Assembly (NCBI GenBank): GCA_964187785.1
Contig: OZ076413.1
Coordinates: 48,548,001 to 48,612,000, forward strand
DNA length: 64,000 nt
Direction: 5' to 3'
DNA from: Amphiscolops sp. MND2022
Taxonomy: Eukaryota
Part shown: one piece after another, positions 1 to 12,000 of the stretch
Numbering within the stretch: the first letter of the stretch is position 1
Layout: every line of letters begins with the position of its first letter
Position numbers and translations under genes: made by a program
Notes under the pieces: model-generated
Seen by the model: only the letters and a program-made list of their open reading frames with translations
Database searches by the model: none
What the model was told of the DNA's origin: nothing

Positions 1-3000
1 TTCCAGTTATTCAACTGCCATTCGAATAGAGCTGTATCCAGAGAAGAGTGCTCCCATTGAAGACGCTGAAACCAAAAGTCGGTCAGCTGGGGGGGAAGGG
101 AAATGGAAATTCATTAGCAAAAAACATAAGTTGCAACAAAGCTTCAATTACAATTAATTGAGATCACAGTAATACGGTTTTTTGATAAACTTGAAATTTT
201 CAATGAAAGGTCGGGAGAAAAAAGTGGATGATAATACGAGTGCATAATTAGTCAAAAATTTGTTCCTACTCCTACAAAAAATTCAAGAATCTTCCATCAT
301 CGAAGGCATTTCTCCCGATAATCAAAAGTTTCAGAAATATGAGCGAAAAATGCAGTGTTCCTAAGATTATTATCAATTAGGGGTTCCATTCTTTCATCAC
401 ATTGCTGTATATAATTGCATTTTGCAGCTTACTTGTATATCCACGGATGTCTTGAATTTTCTGCACTGTCGGAAGAAGTTTCTCAGCACAGATACTTCAT
501 CCAATTTTATAGCGACTTGTCTCAAATCAGGCTCGTACAGTAGATCAGCGGCAATCACCTTCCCTGCATCTTTCACCTGCTCAGGTTCAAGCACTTGAAA
601 TTTTGACTCTCCTTCGTTATTTGCTGACGCTTCTGTCGTGACTTCCGCATTACTGACAAGTTTCTTTAGCTTTTCTTTTTTCCTCGGATTCCTGGGAAGA
701 CCTCCTAATTTGGCGAAGTAGGCAGAGAAGTTGTTGTTTTTCAGGAGATTGACAAAATAAGTTAATCTCACAACATCAGCATAGTTTGAGTCGTCGTGAA
801 GTTTGGAGTTGTCTCCAAGCAAGAAGAAATAAGACGGGACCTTCGAGGAGTTCAGAAGTACAGAATGAGCCCATTGAGACCATTTAAGCGCGATTTGTTT
901 CACTTTTTTATGCACACAGCAGTCGATGACAATCTTTTTCATGAAGTATACTGAGACGAATATGAAAACGTCGAAACGAAACAAGTTCGAGCTCATTGAA
1001 GAGTGATCAAGTCGGTTATCCTGGAAAAAAACAAACACTCGCGGATGACTCATAACCATTTGAAAATGCTAACAAGGCAGGGGACATAACCAATTACTCA
1101 CACAAAAATTTTGTCAATTGAAAACAACAATGTCAACTAACTTTAATAGACGACAAAATTTAGTTGAACATCCAGAATCTCGGAAAAATCCGGATTAGAC
1201 AAGTTTCTAGATTACATAATATTCATAGTTTTCTGCAAGTACTCCATACATCTTGGTTTTAAAGGTAAAAAGGGACAGTGCGTACTGAAACCACGGAGCT
1301 ATATCACGCAGCAAGCTTCTAGCAATTGATTGAAAATCTATTCTAGCATAAATCATCTACAAGGTAAGTGATTTTGATGAACACAATATATAGCTACTAA
1401 CTCGCCACTTCAGGAGTTTTGCGTGGAATATTTGCATGAGCCTCGCACAAACTGAACTGAGGGACAAAGGAAGATTGAGCAGCTCCAAAGCCTTCTCACA
1501 GCAGTGTTTGATCAAAACACCTTCAGTGTTCAAACCAGCACTCCTTGAAAGAAGAGTTGTCGATCGCTGACCTAAAAGCTAAATACATGGAACTAAAAAC
1601 CTGATCGCTGGTTTTTCATAACTAGTTTTTCAATTCAGAAAAAAAACAACTCACTCTGTAAATTACAACGACATGAATCAATGCAGAAGGTAAGTATGGA
1701 AGAAATGTTCAATTCAACTCAAAAAAACCTCAAACTCTCAAAAAGATGAACGCCCTTTTTCTAGACAATTACCTCACCTTATAAAGAATGAAACTGGTTT
1801 TGCGAATCCTTCGAGGCAGGTGACAAAAGTCCAGAGAGATCCAGAAGGCAAGTTCGTGTTTGGTTAACACAACTGAAGGTAGAGCATGAGTGAAGTCCAG
1901 AAACAAGAGTTTGTTATGGACGATGTCTTTGACCATGTTGCAAATAAACAGCACGTCACTCAGAGGCGTTCGGGCGAGGGTAGCAGCCAAGTAGAGAGTA
2001 GACAAACACGCCAGGGGACTGGGTCGCGTTAGCACTCTGTTGATCTCTACAAGATGCACCTAGATGGACTTACTAGTTCTTCGTTTAAAAGTTTCAACAC
2101 ACGAAACTAGAGGTAAACGCTTTTGCATAAAAATCTGTTTCTTCGGTCGGCTTCATATAGTTTCAAAAAAGCACTCTGGTAATTTTGTACGCTATTCAAA
2201 ATTAATCTCATTTAAAATACCTAAATAATAAAAAAAATCTGCAGAAATAGTTCGCGTGATTCAATTTAAATATTGCAGGCATTCAATTAGGTTTTTTGAG
2301 AGAATCACTCGGAAAACGTACAATTTATAGACCAGAGCAGCGTGTGCGGTAAAGGAGTCGGAAATTGATTTAAATATTGAAAAACAAATTATCTACTTCA
2401 TTGTCATTTGGGTCATTTTTGGACTAATTTTGGCTGTTTCTCAAATCCCAGTCATGCTATTTTGATGTCATTGCACACATAGGACCCTAATATGGTGTAG
2501 AATGATTGTGAAAATTTGTTCGAATTGTAAGGACAGTTTTTGAGAAAATCGAAAAAAGTCCAAAAATGACCGTTTTTGGGCTGATTTTGGCTATGTATCT
2601 CATCCCAGTCATACGATTTTGATGCCATTGCACACGCCGGGTGTAGAAAGACTGTGCAAAATTTTTGAGAATTTGAAATTTTCATTGAAAGGATCGTTAA
2701 AAAATGCTACGATACTTCGGTTTTTAGCTTTTTCGATCTTCTCAAAGTTCGCTTCTGGAAGCACTGTAAATAGTTTATTTCTAATCCAAACAAACAAATC
2801 AACTTGGAGTGTATTCGCAACTCCCGGGAACGACATAGGGCTCAAATGATGTGATGATAAATATTCAAAGGCTTTATTGTTCAAATACTCTTTCGGCTCA
2901 AAAAACTTTTTTTCGTTATTGAAAACTTTTTACAATATCAAAATTTGAGAAAAATTTAGTTCCAGAAAAATCTAAAGGGGAGTAGTATAGGAAATCCCGA

Positions 3001-6000
3001 TACGGGCCACAAAAACCCCAAAAATTGAAAGTACTCAAAACCATTGATTTTAAGGACTTTTTAGAAAACAGATCATTAAAATCAGGGGTTTTCCAATTCG
3101 GACTACAAAAACCCCAAAAATTAAAAGTCCTCGCGAAGCCCTGCAAAACCATTGATTTTAAGGACTTTTTAGAAAACAAATCATCAAAAATAGTGTTTTT
3201 ACCATGAAGCAAAAATTCACTAACCTCTATGGTGGAAACTCTTAGTGGAACGGACTCCCGATGGCGCAGCTTCACGGCTTTGAGTTTACCATAGGCATGT
3301 CAATACAAATAAGAATGGCATGCCTATGGGTTTTGTATTTTTACCACATGGGAAATAATTTTAGCCACGTGCAGCTTCACACAACATTAATACACAACAA
3401 TGAAAAATAACTAATAAATGGCACAGCTTCGCAATTATCTCTCATTCAAAGACTTTGTTGAAAAATATGGATTGAAAAACGAAGCAACTTCCAATGTAAA
3501 AATAAAAGAAATCTTAAAACTCATGAACACATCTTGTGGAATATACATGAGATGATAAGTTTAACACTACCAGTGGTATAGTTAACTTACATCCAACTAA
3601 AGGAACACATTGGGTTATGTTTACAAATCAAAATTATTTTGATTCATATGGATGCCCACCCCCAACTAATATACTTAATCATATTAAAAATGGTATTTAT
3701 TCAGAATATCAAATTCAGACAAACGACAGTTATTGCGCGGCGTATTGTTTATACACACTGTATCTCACAAATAAAATTGGGTTCAAAAATGCAGTACTAA
3801 ATTTATACTACCAAACTTTCAAACTTAATAAATGAAGAAAATTAATAATTATTCAACTCAATATAAAATTATCTCGCGCAGCTTTGCGACAGCTAACACA
3901 CAAAATTTCACGCGCAGCTCCGCAGAACAGCTTCATAATCACAATCAAAATCATGGAAAAAATACAACAAATTTGCATAGGAAAACATTATCAAAAGATA
4001 GGCAAGAATTTATAAATACCATTTCCGCTAGTGGATTCAAACAATTTAATCTATAATAAATGGATCTATCAAGCTTTATAACTTATGATAAAAAAGAATC
4101 TCTTCTTTTAAGTATTGCAAAATCTAATCAAGAAATTGTTGAAAATACTCATTCTAAACCACAAGAAACTCTAGAATTTAAAATGACTAAACAAAAAGAA
4201 TCTTTCTCATTCGATGTTCCCCTCACTTTAAATGAAAAATGGATGATGGGAGTAACAAGTTTAGAAGTATACAACACTGTATATAACATTACTGAAAAGA
4301 ATAACAAACTTGAAATTCTTCTAACAAAACAACAACTCGAAGAGCATAGAGTTGACACTGAAATAGTGCCAAAAATAAAGGATTTGTATGAAACATCTGA
4401 TGATAAATTTATAGAAAAAACTAATACACTTATAACTAATAGTTATACTAAAAAGAAGAAAAAACTTACTAGAAAAGACTTTAACCAACTCAAGGAATTA
4501 ATTGAAGTTTTTAACTATCCTGATCAACAAATACATATTCCTGACTTTGAAATTGAACATGATTCCTTTGGAATACAACTAACCCCAGCAGCATATGAAT
4601 TAGTTGATATCAATGCTTCCGTAAAACAAATAATTAATGAAAGTGATTATGATTTTAAATTCAACATAATACCCGACACAATATCAATGAAATCAGTTTT
4701 AACAACCTCAAACCCTATTCATTTTAACTCCGAACTTAACAAAGTCCTGGGTTTTACACAACGTGATTACCCATCCGGAACTCACACTTCAGAAAAACCA
4801 GTCATGATAACAATCACCGACAAAGTTCATCTGAAGTGCGACTGCGTAGATGGTTCAATTGTTAATGGTATACGAGAACAAATTTTATTTTCTTTCAATT
4901 TAAGCGCACCTCCCGGATATAAAATTATAAAAGAACCCACAACTGTTTTGTACAACCTGATAAACAAAACACGACTGGACACCATTCAATTTTTCCTTGA
5001 GGACTCTAATCATGATTCAGTTGATTTCAACGGGGAGACACTCACCTTCACAATTCAAATTATCAAAATAGGCCCCTCCGGGGCTCAGTACTATTTCTGC
5101 TTTAATCTTTATTTTTTTAAAACAAAAAATCATTAATAAAAGAATCATATCTGGAATACCAATACACTCCTGTTTAATCATTACTTAGAGCACAATTAAT
5201 CACTGTACAAGTTTACACCGCCTTTAATTCTTCTCGGACTAAAGAAAATATAACTAAGCGTAGACGAAGTTTCGCATTCGCATTTGAATGCAGGCGAAGC
5301 TCTCAACGAACGAATAATTAACACTCATTCGCTTCATCTCAATGACGTCAGCATACGAATGGATAATTACCACTCGCTCGTTCTATCGCACTAGAATTGA
5401 ATTGTTGTCGGCAGCTTTCCCACGCTTACACTCACTGCCGAACAAAATATCTGAATTATTCAGTAGGACGAAATTTGACGACTGAAAAAAAAAAGGACCA
5501 ACTTTGAGGTTACAATAACATTCCTGCTAAAGCAGAAATATTAAAAATTTAATACTTTTAATAATAAATGAGTTAATAAATTTAAAAATAATTCATATTG
5601 TGTTGGTGGAAAACATTATTCTCCCACCACAAAAATTTATGGAGAAATTACAAACACTGGGATACGGATTGGTAGGCCCGTACACACACTACGCGGCAAC
5701 TGCGTAGTGTGTAACAGAAATAAGAGTCTAATTGTATCAGAGCGAACAATAGATGGGGAAGGATTGGGTGACTTCTTTAAACATTTGGGCAAAATGGGCG
5801 GCAAAAACGTTGGAAAGAAAATACTCAATAACCCAGGCCGTGCACTAGAAATAGCAAATATTGGAACTGCAGCAGCAAGTAAAAATCCACGATTAATTGC
5901 TGCAACTGCACCCGAGGTCATTAAATTTGTACATCAAGGGCCTATACAAAGCCGAAGGGCTTCGCGAAGGTTTGTCGAGTAAAGGTAGAAAAGCAAGAAC

Positions 6001-9000
6001 TAAAAGTAAAGGCCTGTATCTGGGGAAAATCCACTAATTATACTTAATAAATGTATTCAATTCACACCCGAGATGACTTGGAAAAATTTAAAAAAATTAC
6101 AAGAAACAAAATCTTTACTACACAAAGAAAGATTAAAAGAGAAACTAGGGAAGCAAGACTTCCACTACGATATGGAAGAAGTTTTTGAACCTGTTACTAC
6201 AAAACAGGTGGAATCAAATGAAAAACAACTACAAGCAATTGAAAATCAGACAAGAGCAATAAACACAATAATAATACTCTTCAAAATTCTATTAAAGAAG
6301 GAATAAAACAATATAATGAAATTACAAATCATAACAATCAGCTTCTTACAAGTCTTGTTAATTCCAACCAGGTTGATTCTAGTATTGTAAAAACAGTTTC
6401 TAATTTACTTAATGACAAAAACAAAAGTCAATTTAGTTTAGAACCAATTACACAGAGCTTCGCGATAGCTAACGCACAAAATAACCCTAATTTATTCACA
6501 ATTAATCCCCATAACCCACAACAAGTACTAATCAAAGGTTCAACAATGACTTTCGAGAATGGGAATTCATACGATCTGAGTCACCCAGATCTTCAATATT
6601 TTATAACTAATACACAATTTGACAAACCAATAAATAGTTGGAGCCCAATTTATAACTTCCTAAATGATATGAAATATGATCTAAATTATGGAGATAAAAA
6701 ATCAATCAGATATCAATTTATTAAAGAATTATACTCTCGCTATCAATTACAGGGCTTCACGCAAGGCTCCACACAGGACTACACACAAGGCTCCACACAG
6801 GACTACACACAAGCACAGGATCAATCACAGAGTTATACACGCGAAGCTACACAGGGCTTCACAGGAAGTGGATTACAGGGGTGTGCACAGGGCTCCACGC
6901 GAAGCTACACACAACAGTACATTTTCCTCCCATCTGACCCAGACGAATTAGTGGATCAATTGAAACTACTTTATTTTGAAAAAGTTGGAGGAAATGACAA
7001 CCCTCTACTTAATGAACAAATTATTGCAATTATAGACAAGTTATTGGAGTATGAATGCATATCACCTTCTCAACACCAAAATATGCGAAGTTCCACGCTT
7101 TTCTCAATTACTTAAAGGATCAGTTTGTGGATTAAAGATCTTGTAATTTGGATTAGATTCATTACAAATCCTGTACCTACTCCCATTTTTATCTTCCAAT
7201 CTGTTTATTAACAGGTAGTTGAATTTTTCGTTCCATGCCTCTCTACACAAACTTTTGAATTCCTCATAAGACATATCAAAACCTGATATGTCCCTATGAA
7301 TATGTTCTACATCTTTCAGTGTTTGTTGAAATAAAATTATTATATTCGAATTGTTTCTAACTGTCTTTTTTGGTGCATCAAAATAACTCTGACAAAAATA
7401 ATAAACATCACAAGATTTGTGTCTTCCCCTAGTGAAAAATGGATCAATCAATTTCTGGTTGGAGTCTAACATATCATCAAATACTACACAACACCCCCTA
7501 TACTCTTCCAAATCCCCCACATTTTCTTCCACTTCAATATCTCCTAGTTCTAAATCTAGTTTCACATCCTCATATTGTTCCGGACTCCTTGTAATGATAC
7601 GAATTTGTTTCTCTGGATCTTCCAAACGAATCAATCGTAATTTATTCAACAACAAATGAGTCTTACCACAAAATGATGGCCCAACTATTAATGTTCTATT
7701 AGTTTCGTTCACACCACTATTATTATCATCATTAGCGATAGCTTTCGCATTATTATTATTATTATTGTGTGAAGACACGCCTCGTGGTAACTCTCGCTGT
7801 AGCTCTCGTGATAGCTGTCGCGGAAGCAAATCACCCCCAGTATGCTGATTATAGTGCTGATTATAATTATAGTGTTGATTATAGTGCTGATTATAATTAT
7901 AGTGTTGTTTATAGTGTTGCTTCTTGACGTGTGACCTTAAATAACTCTTATTTAATTCCTTATTACAAAATTCACACCTCACCTTTTTATTAAAACATTG
8001 AATGCATGTACTATACATTTTACCATTTTTGTATGAATAAAAAGTATTACAATTCTTCATAATATTACATTCCTTACATCTTTTTTCATTACTACAATCA
8101 TCACACAAACTTTTTTAACTACTTTTATTACAAATTGAGCAATTCATTTATTTAGTAAAAAATCACTAAATTCCTCTAAGAATCACTCAGTATCACTATG
8201 TAATCACTAAGCAAAATCACTGAGAATCACTAAGGTTTCACTAAGAATCACTAAGTGTCTCTAAGAGTATTCATTTCTCTAAGATTAAAGATTATAGTGA
8301 AATTTAGTGAAAATAAATGCTCTTAGTGAAACCTTAGTGATTTAGTGAGAAATTTAGAGATCACTAAATTCCTCTAAGAATCTCTAAATTTCTCTAAACT
8401 TCTTTAAACTTCTCTAAGAATTACTATAATTTTGCGATAGCTTCCGCGATTGCTTCCGCTAATTTTTTTGTTAATTTCTTGTTAATTTCTTGCGATAGCT
8501 TCCGCTAATTTTTCGTTAATTAATCAGTTTATTTTTAGTAAAACTTTTTGCCTGATCATAAATTAAATTTTTAAAGTCCTCTTTAACTGAGTCACTAATT
8601 AGTGGTTTTTGCATACGCTCAACGTAGTTGTCTATTTTGGATTCATTTACTCTGATGTTATTTTGTTTGCAATAGGCTACATAATAATAAGCTATGTTGA
8701 GTGGTGTTATTTCAATTGTCTGGTCGGACATTTCCTCTAAGAAAATTTTGAGTCTGTTGTATTCATCACCAGTGAAAAAGTAACTTTCATAAGCAACAAG
8801 TTGTTCTGGACCCCATTTACTTCGTTTGCTCGAATCATAAATTAACTTGTACTTGTTGTTTAATACCTTGTATTTCTGACTCCTTGTGTCAAATTCAATT
8901 ATACCATATTCTAACAGATCGCGGTAGTATTTCCAATTAAACCCGTCTTTGATCGCGGAAGCTAACGCATAAGTTTGTACAATCGACTCGAAGAAGTTAT

Positions 9001-12000
9001 CTGGGTTATTAATTGTTAGAAATATTTTGTGACAGTTTTCCCTCACGATTGGAAGAACATCCTTTGCATAGTGAGCGAGATAAATTACTTGAATCCCCAT
9101 GTGTCTACCATATCTAAATAAGTTTTCTACTTTTGTTTTAAGACTTTTGTATGCACCTGCATCATCCAGTACAACAATTTTATTAGTAGGTGATTCAATA
9201 CTAACTTTCTCCAACTGCAGTAGTGGTACAAAATTTTGAGAGGGAAACTCACGTTCATCTCGCCCGAAAACTACGTAAGTTCTTTGAACTTGTGCCAAAT
9301 AATGCTTTAAAAAACTTGTCTTCCCAGAGCCACTACTACCATAAATTATGAAGTGGGAATTGCCATGAACTTCAGCTTCACGCGTAGCTTCGTGGGATTC
9401 TTTAATTTCCTGTTCGCGTTCCTGGTTTGTCAGATGAGAGTATTTGAACCCTGCAAATTGTAGTAGTTTTTTATAAATTGTTTTAAACTGTCTAGGGCGA
9501 ATATAATTCCAATATATTACAACAATAAAACCTATAAATATAATTAAACATACAATAAACATAGGATTTGTGATTACTTTATAGATTCGTGTTTTCTGAA
9601 ACCAATTGGGCGTGATAGCTTTCGTGGTAGCTATTGTGCCAGCTTTCGCGCCACCTCCCGCGCCGTCTCCTTCACCTTGATAATTATTTCTATAGCTCTG
9701 CAAGCAATAATCATTATTCATTTATTTATAAAAAATTGTTATAAATGAATCAAAATAAGAAAAAAATTGTTAAAGAAATATTCTCTCCTGTAATCAAGAA
9801 GTTTCAAAGAATTCAAATACAAACTCACTATAAAGATGAGTGTTGGAGTATCGATTTAATTGATCGCTCAAGTTTGAGCAAATACAACAAAAACTACAAG
9901 TTTATTTTCACAATAATTGACAACCATACTAAATATGCATGGGCGAATCCCCTCAAAGATAAATCAGGAAAAAGTACAACTACTGCAATAAAAAGTCTCA
10001 TTGAAAAAGAGAAGAGAAAACCACACAAAATATGGAGTGATAGAGGTAAAGAGTTTTACAACACAACATTTTTACACTATTCAAAAGAGCAAAACATTCA
10101 AATTTATTCAACTAATTCAGATTTGAAGGCTGTTTTTGTTGAACGTTTCAATGGAACACTTTTGGACTTAATCAAAGAACCAATGTATATTGAAGGTAAA
10201 GGTAACTGGTTGAATCACCTTGATGCTGCTTTACAAAAGTATAATAATCGTGTCCATACCACAACCAAAATGACACCTTTTGAAGCGAATAAAAAACCAA
10301 TAGATCCACCTACCTTTGTTAATAAACCGAAACAACTGCGCGATAGCTACCGGAGCTTCGCCAAATTCCAAGTGGGGGATTTTGTAAGAGTTCCTGACAA
10401 AAGGAACATTTATTCAAAAGGTTATACAACAAATTGGAATAGAGAACTTTTTAAAATACACAGCATCAACAAAACAAACCCAGTAACATACACTCTAAAT
10501 GATGAAAACGGAGAAATTATTCAAGGAAAATACTATGAACAAGAACTTTTAAGAAGCATATTCAACTTTGACTCTAACAACAAAACGTTAGAAAGTATGA
10601 ATATTTTCCACAAATTTGAGTAGTGTTCCACGTAGTGTTCCACGTAGTTTCGCAAAAATTTTTTATTATAAAAGAACACAGATGTGTTTTCTTTAAAATA
10701 TAAATACTCTTGAAAAACCTATTCATAAAATTGATTTCATAAAGTATAGTCCAAGTAGTTTGGCGACAGTCAATAACACAAACTCGAATATAAGTGTCAG
10801 TTTGCCAAGAGAAGATGCATACATATGTTTACAAAATAGTTTCATAAGTCTAGAATTTGAAGTACTTAAAAACAATAATACAAGATTTGCTGATGGTGAT
10901 GAAATAAGCTTGGTTAACTTTGGGCCAATCTCTCTATTTAGTGAAGCCAAATTAACAACTTTTAGTGGGAAACACCTAGAAAAAGTTGACAATTTGCACT
11001 TGATTTCTTCAATGTACAAGTGTTTGACAAGCACTAAATCCACTTCCCAGTTATTGTATGGGTTTGAAGAAAGCGAGACTATAAGAAGACAAGAACTAAC
11101 AAACAACAAAAATGAGAAAGGAACCTTTCTTGTGAGAATAAAACTAAAAGACTTGTTTGGATTTGCTGATCAAGAAAAAACTTATGGGTTGGGCTACACA
11201 TTAACTCTCAAACGGAACACTAACAATGATGCGATTTTAAGAAGTGTTGGAGTGGATGCTGCAAAAGTGGTTATTAAAGACATTGGTTGGTATATTCCAC
11301 ACTATGTTCCTAGTATCGAAAACCAACAACTTGTCATGGACCAAATTCTAAATAAAGATCCAACCGAATTGAGTTACAGAGAACGAATTATTTTTAGAAA
11401 AGATGTTAACACGAATTCGAATTGGACATTTGAGTTAGGCAGTTCGGGCGAGTCCTGTCCAACTTTTGTGATTGTTGGATTTCAAGCTAGAAATAAAATT
11501 GATTCTCAGGTTCATGATAATGCAGTGTTTGACCAGTTGCCAATTAGTAATGCTGTTTGTAAAATAGGATCAGAAAAATATCCAGTTGATGGAATAGAAT
11601 GTGATTACGACCGTGACAAATATGATCAAGCATACAGTGAAATTGAAAACTTTTATCACTTACATTCTGAAACTAACTTACTCAACCCATTTATTGATTT
11701 GAACAAATTCAGAACAAATTATAATTTCTATGTATTTGACCTAAGCAAACAAAGGGATATCATTGCGAGTCAATCAATCCGTTTAGAATTTAAATTTAAT
11801 GCTGCCATCGATGTAGCAAATTTTGTAGCTTATGCACTTGTATTAACCTCAAAACTAATAAGTATTAGTAGTGATGGGCAAAGGCATTTTGATTTAATTT
11901 AATACTCATTTTATAATACTGAATATATTAATAAATTTATAAAATAATAATGATATTTATAATACTATCCTTTTATAAAATGATGATAATGCGGAAGCTA

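Noticed and set aside
2916..3275. ORF 2916-3275 and its mirror 17676-17903
   Set aside because: Both lie in the TIRs, use non-ATG starts, translate the internal repeats, and the left one runs out into flanking DNA.
8155..8425. CRISPR-like array
   Set aside because: Units are about 8-12 bp with no unique spacers, the context is eukaryotic and there are no cas genes.
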